From Limnochordia bacterium (GTDB lineage: Bacteria; Bacillota; Limnochordia; DTU080): DNA of 64,000 nucleotides. This document shows positions 10,047 to 19,272 of this stretch, piece after piece; within the stretch, counting starts at the first letter, position 1, and each line of letters begins with the position of its first letter. Location: the NCBI GenBank assembly GCA_050951545.1, contig JBMNJG010000007.1, positions 384,001 through 448,000 of the forward strand, given 5' to 3'. Both the position numbers and the translations under genes were made by a program. Under the pieces are notes generated by a model, which searched no databases, was not told the origin of the DNA, and saw nothing but the letters and a program-made list of their open reading frames with translations.

Positions 10047-10150
10047 CTGCGTCCACCTCCGCTACATACTATTCTAGCGCATAGTGCGCGTCAGTGCTTG
10101 AGTCATTATTCCCATGACAATAGGCCTGGATTGCTGTCCTTATGAGGCGA

Positions 10151-10183
10151 AGAGAAAAGAGGCGCGGTAGCGCCCCTCTTTCC
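10151..10183 (-). terminator. Intrinsic terminator
   Basis: Minus strand AAAGAGGGGCGC-TACC-GCGCCTCTTTTCTCT. Confidence 0.6.
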
Positions 10184-10232
10184 GCAGAAACAAGGCTATG
10201 CGAAGCTGAAATGTTCTGTTGGCGGTACGGCC

Positions 10233-10388
10233 TTAGTAGTCGTCACGGCCAAAACGCTTCTCGTACTGTCTACGACGCATGGCCCTATCAAGGAGTTCAT
10301 CGTAACGCGCTTCATTCACCGCTCTGCGACGAGGTCTCTCCTCAGCCGAGGATTGGTTAACAGCGTCTGGTCTCGTATTCTTCTTCAC
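10233..10388 (-). CDS. Small charged hypothetical protein (51 aa; not in supplied ORF track)
   Basis: RBS GGGAGG + GTG; MKKNTRPDAVNQSSAEERPRRRAVNEARYDELLDRAMRRRQYEKRFGRDDY; extended -10 TGcTATACT upstream and terminator downstream. Confidence 0.5.
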   Translation of the reverse strand: MKKNTRPDAVNQSSAEERPRRRAVNEARYDELLDRAMRRRQYEKRFGRDDY

Positions 10389-10634
10389 AGAGAACCCTCC
10401 CACCAGTGAACTACATTAAGTATAGCATACCCAGCTGAGGCAAGATGTTAACATAAGTTTAAATCTCGTTCACACGAAATACATGGAAAACGCCTGGGGT
10501 AAGAGAAAACGATCGTTAAGCATAATAGTGAGAAAACGGGAGATGGCCCTCGCTGCTACTGTAGTGGCCAGGGGCAGTGTGGAGCAGGTCACCCCACACC
10601 GCTCCTGACCAGTCCGTAGGCCCATACTGCGATT

Positions 10635-11678
10635 CTACAAGAACACTTCCTTCCCGGTGCGAGCAGACTCATAGATGCCGAGAATGATCTCCACGGCATG
10701 GCGGGCTTCGCTGCCGACTACCAGGGGATCACGATCTTCGAGTACCGCGTAGACCATGTCCTGAACCTGACCAGCATGGCCTGTAGTAGCGATCCCTGAG
10801 GGATCAGCACTGGCTGCATCCGATTTGCCCGCGAAGCGAGCAATCATCTCTGCTTCAACTTCCTTTTCCTGTGGTCCGCGTATCCGCCAGCGCTGAATCT
10901 TGGCATCGGTCATGTAGATGCTGCCATTCTCACCGTGTATCTGGACGGTCGTGTCTAGACCCGGATAGGCTGCCGTAGTACCGATAATGCTGCCCAGGGC
11001 GCCGCTCTCGAAACGAACGACCGCCACGGCAGCATCTTCTGTCTCAATTGTATGGGCAAAGATGTCGGTCTGGGCGAAGACCGATTTTGCTGGTCCCATG
11101 AACCACTGCAACAGGTCGATGGTGTGTACGGATTGGTTCATAAGTGAACCGCCACCGTCCATCGCCCAGGTGCCACGCCAGCCGCCATCTTTCTCGTAGT
11201 ACTCTTGCGTGCGCCACCACTTGACTTGAACGTTGGCGAGAAATGTGCGACCAAGAGCACCTTGAGTGATGGCCTCTTTGATGGCCTTGCTTGCTGGATT
11301 CATGCGGTTCTGGAAAATAGCGCCCAGTTTGACATTGTGCTTGCGGCAAGCCTCTAGAGCTGCATCGATCTTATCCAAGGTGATGTCCAGTGGCTTCTCA
11401 GCGAGAATGTGTTTGCCAGCTGCTGCTGCCTTCGCAATCATCTCGGAGTGCATTCCACTCGGAGTGGCAATACTGACAACGTCAACGTCGGAACGCTTGA
11501 GCAGCTCATCGAAGTCGTAAATGGCTTCGCAGTTCAGCTCGGCAGCGATGGCATCGGCTTTGCTGCGGTCGATGTCACACACAGCTACCAGCCGGCAATC
11601 CTTTGCCTGGGCTGCAGCGCGGGCATGGGCTCGTCCAACACCCAATCCAACTACTGCATATCCTACCGACTTGCTCAT
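10635..11678 (-). CDS. Gfo/Idh/MocA family oxidoreductase
   Basis: YAVVGLGVG, HILAEKP, DGGGSLMNQSVHTIDLL. Confidence 0.9.
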   Translation of the reverse strand: MSKSVGYAVVGLGVGRAHARAAAQAKDCRLVAVCDIDRSKADAIAAELNCEAIYDFDELLKRSDVDVVSIATPSGMHSEMIAKAAAAGKHILAEKPLDITLDKIDAALEACRKHNVKLGAIFQNRMNPASKAIKEAITQGALGRTFLANVQVKWWRTQEYYEKDGGWRGTWAMDGGGSLMNQSVHTIDLLQWFMGPAKSVFAQTDIFAHTIETEDAAVAVVRFESGALGSIIGTTAAYPGLDTTVQIHGENGSIYMTDAKIQRWRIRGPQEKEVEAEMIARFAGKSDAASADPSGIATTGHAGQVQDMVYAVLEDRDPLVVGSEARHAVEIILGIYESARTGKEVFL

Positions 11679-11909
11679 CTGTGTACCCCCTCAAAATAGG
11701 TCCGTGCCACTTCTTGTTGCAGCGGCACTCAACTATACTTAGCCGCGAAACGTGGCACTCCTGCGCCGTACAGTGATTGAGAGCGCGAAAGAAGGCGCAG
11801 AGTCGAATGTGAGCCGTGTCCCCAGATATGAGAAACGGTAGCAGTGTCCTTGCGAGGTACCGCTACCGTCATTGGAGCGTCTTTGCATGTCTTTTCGTGG
11901 GATGCAGCT

Positions 11910-12485
11910 CTAGGGAAGAATAGCGTCGATGAGCCCATACTCGCGCGCTTCCTCGGGTGTCATGAAGAAGTCGCGATCGGTGTCACGGCTGATGGTCTCT
12001 AGATCCTTCTGCGTGTACTGTGCAAGCAGTTCGTTGAGTCGATCACGCGTGCGCAGGATCTCACGAGCGTGGATATCGATGTCGGAGGCCTGTCCTTGAA
12101 TGCCTCCCCATGGCTGGTGGATCATCACCTTCGCGTTAGGCAAGGCGTAGCGTTTCCCCTTTGTCCCGGCGGCGAGCAAGAAGGCTCCCATGCTGGCAGC
12201 CATACCTACGCAAATGGTACTTACCTCCGGCTTGACAAGCAGCATCGTGTCATGAATGGCGAGGCCAGCCGTCACGCTGCCCCCTGGGCTGTTGATGTAG
12301 ACCGAGATGTCTTTCTTCTCATCTTGCGCCTGCAAAAAGAGCAGTTGAGCGACCACGAGATTGGCCATGTAGTCATTGATAGGACCGCCCAGAAAGATGA
12401 TGCGATCTTTGAGCAGCCGCGAGTATATATCGTAGGCGCGTTCGCCACGATTGGTTTGCTCGATCACTGTTGGTACCAGCACCAT
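11910..12485 (-). CDS. clpP: ATP-dependent Clp protease proteolytic subunit
   Basis: [51 protein letters not shown]; RBS GGAGGA. Confidence 0.97.
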   Translation of the reverse strand: MVLVPTVIEQTNRGERAYDIYSRLLKDRIIFLGGPINDYMANLVVAQLLFLQAQDEKKDISVYINSPGGSVTAGLAIHDTMLLVKPEVSTICVGMAASMGAFLLAAGTKGKRYALPNAKVMIHQPWGGIQGQASDIDIHAREILRTRDRLNELLAQYTQKDLETISRDTDRDFFMTPEEAREYGLIDAILP

Positions 12486-12544
12486 GTACTTCCTCCTTCT
12501 CGTCTCAGCACTAGTCTGCAGAAAACAGCCAGCGATTAACCACC

Positions 12545-12561
12545 TCTGACCTTGTCTGACC
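12545..12561 (-). promoter_or_regulatory. CtsR operator (heptad direct repeat)
   Basis: GGTCAGA-CAA-GGTCAGA just downstream of the clpP -10; consensus RGTCAAA-NAN-RGTCAAA. Confidence 0.75.
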
Positions 12562-12567
12562 ATATAC

Positions 12568-12597
12568 ATTATAAAAGAGCACTCAGGGGAATGTCAA
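12568..12597 (-). promoter_or_regulatory. SigA promoter of clpP
   Basis: TTGACA-N18-TATAAT on the minus strand. Confidence 0.8.
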
Positions 12598-12674
12598 CGT
12601 AGGAAAGGTGCAGTCGGGCGGTGACTTTGTCTCTGCGTGGTGACAACCCGGTCGACACATCCAGCGTCAACCCC

Positions 12675-12702
12675 TTGACACGCCTGCGACTTCTGTTATA
12701 CT
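12675..12702 (+). promoter_or_regulatory. SigA promoter of the tRNA pair
   Basis: TTGACA-N16-TATACT with extended TG. Confidence 0.75.
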
Positions 12703-12726
12703 TAGTGATGCACACGATGCATATGC

Positions 12727-12803
12727 CGCGGGGTGGAGCAGCCAGGTAGCTCGTCGGGCTCATAACCCGAAGGTTGTCGGTTCAAATCCGGCCCCCGCAA
12801 CCA
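12727..12803 (+). tRNA. tRNA-fMet (CAT), initiator
   Basis: CGCGGGG...CCCCGCAACCA with C1:A72 mismatch, GGG/CCC anticodon stem, CAT anticodon, TTCAAAT T-loop. Confidence 0.97.
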
Positions 12804-12838
12804 AAAGTGATGAGGGTGGCGTGGCCACCCTCGCACAC

Positions 12839-12915
12839 GGCGGTGTAGCTCAGCTGGTCAGAGCATGCGGTTCATACCCGCAGCGTCGCTGGTTCGAGTC
12901 CAGCCACCGCTACCA
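12839..12915 (+). tRNA. tRNA-Met (CAT), elongator type
   Basis: GGCGGTG...CACCGCTACCA cloverleaf; anticodon loop TTCATAC. Confidence 0.93.
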
Positions 12916-12948
12916 AAGACACGACGGCCAAGGGTCTTCGTGTCTTTT
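12915..12948 (+). terminator. Intrinsic terminator after tRNAs
   Basis: AAAGACACGA...TCGTGTCTTTTT. Confidence 0.75.
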
Positions 12949-13071
12949 TGGTATGCATATGCAACCTTGGTGAGCCTGTGTCACAGCTTGTGGGTTCTGG
13001 AAAGGTATATCGCCTGATTCAGCGAAACTCATTAAGCGAAGATACCAGCCGATATGAGGTGAGCCTAGGAG

Positions 13072-13839
13072 ATGGCGTTTAAGCTAGGACTTGTCACGTA
13101 CAACATGGCCAAAGACTGGGACATTGAGACTATCATTGCCAAATGTGAGGCTTTGGGCTACTCCGGAGTGGAGTTGCGCACCACCCATGCTCACGGCGTT
13201 GAGCCTAGCCTTTCGGCGGCTCAGAGGCAAGAGGTGAAACAGCGTTTCTCAGACTCCAACGTGCGTTTGGTCGGGCTGGGAACGGTGTGTGAGTACCACG
13301 CCGTGGATCCTGCGGAGTTGCGGCGACACATTGCCACGACGGTGGATTTTGTGAAATTAGCCGCTGATGTGGGAGCTATAGGAGTAAAGGTAAGGCCAAA
13401 CCACTTTCAGGATAAAGCCGGTGTTCCTCGAGAGAAGACCTTGGAGCAAATCGGCATCGCTTTGCGTGAGTGCGGCCGAGCTGCTCAAGATCACGGAGTA
13501 GAGATATGGCTTGAGGTGCACGGTTCTACCCGCCGACCCGATCACATTCGCCAAATACTGGATACGGCTGATCATCCGAGCGTCGGGGCATGCTGGAACT
13601 CCAATGCCGACGAACCCGAGAACGGATCCATAGCCCGGTGGTTTCGCATTCTGCAGCCGTATATCCGCTCTTGTCACATCAATGAACTGACCACTTCGTA
13701 CCCGTGGCGCGAGTTGTTCATGTTGCTCAAGGAGGCCGGGTACAACCGCTATACCCTGGCAGAGATACCCGAAAGCAGTGACCCAGATCGTGTTCTGAGC
13801 TACTACGCCAAGCTCTGGGGAGAGATGGCCGGTTTCTAG
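13072..13839 (+). CDS. Sugar phosphate isomerase/epimerase (xylose-isomerase-like TIM barrel)
   Basis: LGYSGVELR, GVEIWLEVHG, VGACWN, CHINEL. Confidence 0.8.
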   Translation: MAFKLGLVTYNMAKDWDIETIIAKCEALGYSGVELRTTHAHGVEPSLSAAQRQEVKQRFSDSNVRLVGLGTVCEYHAVDPAELRRHIATTVDFVKLAADVGAIGVKVRPNHFQDKAGVPREKTLEQIGIALRECGRAAQDHGVEIWLEVHGSTRRPDHIRQILDTADHPSVGACWNSNADEPENGSIARWFRILQPYIRSCHINELTTSYPWRELFMLLKEAGYNRYTLAEIPESSDPDRVLSYYAKLWGEMAGF

Positions 13840-13865
13840 CGTAGCAAACCGGGGGGAGCCGCTGG

Positions 13866-14642
13866 GTGCCTAAGGTGATCGCTATAGCGAGTCAAAAGGG
13901 CGGCGTCGGTAAGACAACGACGACGGTCAACTTGGCCGCCTCATTGGTCGAGATGGGTCGCACGGTGCTAGCTGTGGATCTGGATCCGCAGGGTGGGCTG
14001 ACAGTCTGCTCGGGTCTGGAGCCAGATGCGTTGGAGCGCACTGTGTACGACTGCCTCATGCGAGGCGACAGCGGAGCTACAGTCCGCCAAAGCACAAGCT
14101 ATGGGGCGGATCTGATACCAGCCAATGTGGATTTAGCTTTGGCCGAGCTGGAACTGGTCTCTGCACTGGGGCGTGAGCGGCGGCTGGCAGCCGCATTGGC
14201 ACCAATCTGGGATGAGTACAGCTTCGTATTGATCGATTGTCCGCCGTCACTTGGTTTGCTCACGATGAATGCAGCGGCGATCGCCGACGGTGTGATTGTC
14301 CCCGTGGCGTGCGAGTTTCTGGCCATGCGAGCCGTAGAAGGCATCCTCAAGTTTCTTCGTAAGGTACGAGTCAGTGCCAACAGTCAGCTACAGATCCTGG
14401 GCTTGCTGCCCACCATGTTCGATCGACGCACCCGGCATGCGGATGAGACCCTGCGTGAGCTGCGAGCGAGGTTTCATCCGCGTGTGCCAGTTATTGAGCA
14501 CGTGGTTTACCGCAGCATTCGCTTTGCCGAGGCAGCAGCCAAAGGCGAGTCGATCTTGACCTATGCCAAAGCTGTACCTGGCGCGGAGGCTTACCGCGAT
14601 GTGGCGCGTGAGATCATCGCCTGGGCAGAGCGGGCAGCCTAG
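13866..14642 (+). CDS. ParA/Soj family ATPase
   Basis: QKGGVGKTTT, VDLDPQG, LIDCPPSLGLL. Confidence 0.9.
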   Translation: MPKVIAIASQKGGVGKTTTTVNLAASLVEMGRTVLAVDLDPQGGLTVCSGLEPDALERTVYDCLMRGDSGATVRQSTSYGADLIPANVDLALAELELVSALGRERRLAAALAPIWDEYSFVLIDCPPSLGLLTMNAAAIADGVIVPVACEFLAMRAVEGILKFLRKVRVSANSQLQILGLLPTMFDRRTRHADETLRELRARFHPRVPVIEHVVYRSIRFAEAAAKGESILTYAKAVPGAEAYRDVAREIIAWAERAA

Positions 14643-14662
14643 AGTGCCCTCCTTTATGGGCC

Positions 14663-15442
14663 CTAACCGATCGCTGTGTCGAGGATCATCATCAGTACAA
14701 ACCCCGCCAGCAAGGCATGGGTGGCCATCCGCTGGAAGCCTCCAAGACGCATCTCCGGGATGATCTCATCACTGATCACAAAGAGCATCGCCCCTCCAGC
14801 AAAAGCCAGGCCCAAGGGTAGGAGTGGTGCCGCCAGTTGGACCAGGGTAGCCCCAACCAACGCGCCGATTGGCTCGACAAGCCCTGTGGCCAAGGCAATC
14901 AGAAAGGCCTTCTTCTTGCTGTAGCCTTCGCGTACCAGAGGCACTGCTACCGCCAGTCCTTCAGGCATGTTCTGCAGGGCGATGCCAAGGGTAAGCACAA
15001 GACCGTTACCGATGTCTCCGTGGCTAAACCCTACCCCCACCGCCAGCCCTTCGGGAAAGTTGTGGATAGCGATGGCGATCACGAAAAGCCAGATGCGGCT
15101 CAGGCTAGCTGGCAACCCCTCATGCCCGGAGACGAAGTGGACATGGGGTGACAGACGGTCGATTACGCTTAGAAAGATGCCGCCGAGCAGGAGTCCCAAA
15201 CCCGCTGTGACAGCGCCTCTTAGGCCTCCTCCGGCATACTCGATTGCCGGGATCAGAAGGCTGAACGAGGTTGCGGCCAGCATTACGCCAGCGGCAAAGC
15301 CCAGCATGGCATCAAGGATACGTCGTGAGATATCGGGCGCGAAAAAGATAGGTAGCGCGCCTACACCCGTTCCGAGCCCCGCGGCCAGGCTGGCTACTAA
15401 CCCAACCACGACGGTGTTCAACTGACTGAGGCTTTGAATCAA
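14663..15442 (-). CDS. ZIP family metal transporter (GufA/ZupT-like)
   Basis: GFAAGVMLAA, AIHNFPEGLAVG, QNMPEG. Confidence 0.92.
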   Translation of the reverse strand: MIQSLSQLNTVVVGLVASLAAGLGTGVGALPIFFAPDISRRILDAMLGFAAGVMLAATSFSLLIPAIEYAGGGLRGAVTAGLGLLLGGIFLSVIDRLSPHVHFVSGHEGLPASLSRIWLFVIAIAIHNFPEGLAVGVGFSHGDIGNGLVLTLGIALQNMPEGLAVAVPLVREGYSKKKAFLIALATGLVEPIGALVGATLVQLAAPLLPLGLAFAGGAMLFVISDEIIPEMRLGGFQRMATHALLAGFVLMMILDTAIG

Positions 15443-15507
15443 GAGATCACCTCATCAAGAAGAGGGGGCAGCTAACGAGACTGCACCCCTCCGTCGCGTC
15501 GTGCAGA

Positions 15508-15891
15508 TCAGGCACGCGGTTTCTTGCGTTCGAACAACTCCAGCTTCTCGCCGTCGGGACCGCGGAAAAAGAGCACACGCATGCCATCCCAGATAGGCAC
15601 TGGTTCCGGGTTGATCAGCTCAACGCCCTTTTCTTGCAGTGCCTTGAAGGCGGCGTCAAGGTCGGTGACAGTGAAGGTGAGATGGTTGACGATGCCGTCA
15701 GTTTTCTCGTAGGCTGCTGTGGAACCCGCAATCAGCTCGAGCTCTGCGTCACCTGCCTTGAAGAAGGCGATCTCTGCTGCGTTGTTTTTCCGTCTCTCCA
15801 CAAGTTCCAGACCTAAGACCTCCTGGTAAAAGGAGATCGAGCGGTCTAGGTCACCGACCATGATACCTATATGCTCCACTTTGACGATCAA
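15508..15891 (-). CDS. VOC (glyoxalase) family protein
   Basis: HIGIMVGDLDRSISFY, HLTFTV, FFRGPDGEKLEL. Confidence 0.85.
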   Translation of the reverse strand: MIVKVEHIGIMVGDLDRSISFYQEVLGLELVERRKNNAAEIAFFKAGDAELELIAGSTAAYEKTDGIVNHLTFTVTDLDAAFKALQEKGVELINPEPVPIWDGMRVLFFRGPDGEKLELFERKKPRA

Positions 15892-15907
15892 CTTGACTTC
15901 ATCCTTC

Positions 15908-17308
15908 CTAGAAGTGATGGTATACATGCCAGCCCATATAGCGGCCCAGGGCCTCTGTGACGCTACGGCTGATGCTCCCTTGTGTGACGGCGACGTGATG
16001 CTCGAAGCCACTCTCACAGATGTATTTTAGCAGTTGCTGGAGTTTGGCGATGCGAGCCACTCCATACCCGCCAAAGCTGTTTAGCGGATCATTGATGAAC
16101 TCACCCTCGCCTACGTAGGCACCCAGGTTTCCGTAGAGCTCTGAGATACGGGCAAACGTAAATGGTCCCGTAGCGATGCGGCCCTCAACCGTGCCGAATG
16201 CGTTATCTTGGCCGACATCTCGGGCAGCAATGGCTTGGTAGCTCATGCGGGGTGCATCGAAGAAGCTTCTGGGCAGGTTGCTGCAATGGAAGAGAACCGC
16301 TTTGTCAGGCTCATTGCCGTAGTTGTTGTTCCAGTCGACCAAGGCAGAAGGTGCGCCTGTGGCCAGCTGCAGAACGTACATCGTCAGCGCACCCAAGACG
16401 TCGACTTCGCATGCACTCGGCACAAGGCCTTGGCTCAGCATGCTCATCACGGTGCAGGGCGCGATGCCGAAGTAGGTTTCGATGGAGTTCCAGCACTGGA
16501 CGGCGATAGCCACCAGAGACTGAGTCTTTATCCACTGGTCAAGTACAACACTGAACCTTGCCATTTTCTTAAGAGCTGGTTCGGGCACGTCTTTGACTGG
16601 GACATACTCCTTGATAGCTGCTAGCTTTGCTCGTACTGATTCATCTGTATCACTCAGACAATCGGCTTGCCCAAAGGCTTCAGACAGATCGAGCGGTTCG
16701 ACGGAAATGCCGTGCCGCTCGAGAAGCTTCTCGCTGAAGCGCATGGTGTTGAAATTTGCGGGACGGGCCCCTAGTGCACCGATGCGTGCGCCTCGCAACC
16801 CTCGGACTATTCGGCAGACAGCGCTGAACGATTCCAGATCCTGACGAAACTCCGGTGACGAGGGGGCGACAGTGTGCTTCTGTGTCAGGGAGAAAGGTAT
16901 GCCGTACTGCCGTAGACTGTTACAGACCGATATTTTGCCACAGAAGCTGTCGCGCCGCTCCTGAATGCCCATCCTCTCCAACTCGTCAGGGAAGGCATGT
17001 ACCAACACGGGAACGTGTAGACTCGCCATGCGCAGTGTATTGGCCACGGCGCGTTCGTCACCGAAGTTAGGCAGTGTGACCAAGATGCCGTCGATCTCTC
17101 GTCGATGGGCCTCAAAGAGGCTGGCGCACTTGCCCGCATCCTCAAGGGTCTCCACACTTCCAAAGGCAGTCTCCGCGGGTGTCAGAGCAATGGCCTTAAA
17201 CTGCGCTTGCTCAAGAGTAGCCAAGACCTGCGTGCGTCCTGATTCACAAAGATGATCTGGAAAGCATCCCCGGTTGCCGACAATGACTCCGAAGGTGGCT
17301 CGGCTCAT
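15908..17308 (-). CDS. L-fucose/L-arabinose isomerase-like family protein
   Basis: LPNFGDE, RRDSFCGKIS, ACEVDV, FHCSN, GFEHH. Confidence 0.8.
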   Translation of the reverse strand: MSRATFGVIVGNRGCFPDHLCESGRTQVLATLEQAQFKAIALTPAETAFGSVETLEDAGKCASLFEAHRREIDGILVTLPNFGDERAVANTLRMASLHVPVLVHAFPDELERMGIQERRDSFCGKISVCNSLRQYGIPFSLTQKHTVAPSSPEFRQDLESFSAVCRIVRGLRGARIGALGARPANFNTMRFSEKLLERHGISVEPLDLSEAFGQADCLSDTDESVRAKLAAIKEYVPVKDVPEPALKKMARFSVVLDQWIKTQSLVAIAVQCWNSIETYFGIAPCTVMSMLSQGLVPSACEVDVLGALTMYVLQLATGAPSALVDWNNNYGNEPDKAVLFHCSNLPRSFFDAPRMSYQAIAARDVGQDNAFGTVEGRIATGPFTFARISELYGNLGAYVGEGEFINDPLNSFGGYGVARIAKLQQLLKYICESGFEHHVAVTQGSISRSVTEALGRYMGWHVYHHF

Positions 17309-17362
17309 CCTGATACCTCCCTACTCCCGCGCGTCGTTGGCTGCCGACACGCGTACTCCCCA

Positions 17363-19045
17363 TCAGTGAGCTGTGGTTTCGTCGCGTAGACGTTTGAGTT
17401 TCTTCATGGTGTTGTGGATCCCGCGGCCAAAACTGTCGTGGAGTTGCATGTACTCGGCATACAGAAGCTGGTACACACGGTGGTGATCAGCATTGGGTAC
17501 ATACACATGATCCTTCAGTCTGGCCATAGCAGCTGCGGCCTCGACAATCGTCTCGCAACCGCCCTTGTGCGGACCGGCAGCGACCGCCGCGAACATGGCC
17601 GCTCCAAGGGCGGATGTCTGGGAGGATGCCGCCACTCTCAGTGGCTTACCCGTGACGTCAGCATAGATCTGCATCAGCAATGGGCTGCGTTCAGGAAGTC
17701 CACCGCAGACGTAGAGTTCGTCTACCGCCACTTGGGCATCTTCGAAGGCCTTGATGATCCTGTTGGTGCCAAAGGCGGTCGCCTCAAACAAGGCTCTGTA
17801 GATCTCCTCAGGCTTGGTCATCAGCGTGTAACCCACGATAAGTCCCGACAGATCGGCATCGACTAAGACCGAGCGGTTGCCGTTCCACCAGTCAAGAGCC
17901 AACAAGCCCGATTCCCCGGGTGACAACTCCGACGCTCGTTCCTCGAGCAGTTCATAGACGGAGAGCTCCCTTTGTATGGCCTCTGCCTCATAGAGAGAGG
18001 GAACACCGTTCTCCACGAACCAAGCGAAGATATCGCCCAAGGCAGGTTGACCAGCCTCGTAGCCGTAAAAGCCAGGCACAATGCCATCTGCTACAACGCC
18101 GCACATACCTTCGACTGCCCTTTTTTCCCTGGAGAGAATCATGTGGCAGATGGAGGTGCCCATGACCAAGACCATCTTTCCGGGCGTGACGACGGATGTA
18201 GCAGGGACCGCTACATGTGCATCTATGTGCCCCGCCGCGATAGCAATACCCGCTGGCAAACCCAGCTTCTCGGCCCATTCACGGCTCAGACTCCCGATGC
18301 GTGTGCCTGGGGGAACGATGTGTGTGGACATGCGCGTGGCTACTATGTCTTTCAGCCGTGGGTCGAGGGTGGCCAGGAAATCCGATGAGGGAAAGCCAGT
18401 CTCTTTGTTCCACAACGCCTTGTAGCCAGCGGTGCAGGCGTTCCGCGACTCGGTGCCACTGAGTTGCCAGACTATCCAGTCTGCTGCTTCTATCAAGCGC
18501 TCGGTGGCCTCATAGATGCCGGGTGCCTCATCGAGAATCTGCCAAGCTTTTGGGAAGAACCACTCAGAGGAGATCTTGCCGCCATAGTACGGTAGGAAGG
18601 AGTCTTTCAGCTGCAAAGCAGCGGCGTTGAGAGCGGTAGCTTCGGGCTGCGCAGCGTGATGCTTCCATAGCTTCACCCAGGAATGAGGGTTTGGTCTGAA
18701 GCGGTTGTCCCAGCACAGGGGCCGGCCTTGTTTGTCTGTGGGCAAGATCGTACAGGCTGTAAAATCCGTCCCTATGCCAATGATCTGCTCAGGCTCTATG
18801 CCAGACTCGGCTAGGGTGGCTGGAATGGTCTGTTCAAGCGTGCGCAGATAGTCACTAGGGTCTTGGAGCGCGAAATCGGGAGGAAGCAGCGGGCCGCCCT
18901 CTGGCAACCTCTCATCGATGACCCCATGCGGGTATCGGTAGACCGATGATGCAATTTCATTGCCGTTAGTGACATCCACCAGAACCGCTCGGCCCGACTC
19001 TGTACCGAAATCCACACCTATCGTGTACGGACCTGCCAATGCCAT
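17363..19045 (-). CDS. araB: Ribulokinase (FGGY family)
   Basis: IGVDFGTESGRA, WVKLWKHHAAQ, YGGKISSEW, LDWWNGNRS. Confidence 0.9.
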   Translation of the reverse strand: MALAGPYTIGVDFGTESGRAVLVDVTNGNEIASSVYRYPHGVIDERLPEGGPLLPPDFALQDPSDYLRTLEQTIPATLAESGIEPEQIIGIGTDFTACTILPTDKQGRPLCWDNRFRPNPHSWVKLWKHHAAQPEATALNAAALQLKDSFLPYYGGKISSEWFFPKAWQILDEAPGIYEATERLIEAADWIVWQLSGTESRNACTAGYKALWNKETGFPSSDFLATLDPRLKDIVATRMSTHIVPPGTRIGSLSREWAEKLGLPAGIAIAAGHIDAHVAVPATSVVTPGKMVLVMGTSICHMILSREKRAVEGMCGVVADGIVPGFYGYEAGQPALGDIFAWFVENGVPSLYEAEAIQRELSVYELLEERASELSPGESGLLALDWWNGNRSVLVDADLSGLIVGYTLMTKPEEIYRALFEATAFGTNRIIKAFEDAQVAVDELYVCGGLPERSPLLMQIYADVTGKPLRVAASSQTSALGAAMFAAVAAGPHKGGCETIVEAAAAMARLKDHVYVPNADHHRVYQLLYAEYMQLHDSFGRGIHNTMKKLKRLRDETTAH

Positions 19046-19272
19046 CCCCCCCTGTCAATCACTCTCCGCTGTGCCAGCGATGGGTCCTGACATCGGCTAA
19101 GGCTTTCGACAAGACTGCCAACACTCCTGTTTGTCTGTAGATGGGGGCACTCAGGGTGCCACCGCACGTTCTGACCAGAGTGTTGTAGGAAGGACGTGGC
19201 CTCATGTAGAACCCAATGCAGGTCGCGTATACTTCGGCCGATGTTGATGGATTGTGATCGGGGGTATCTCTG

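Noticed and set aside
12727-12915. tRNA-anchored genomic island
   Set aside because: No integrase nearby and no duplicated tRNA 3' end seen in the window.
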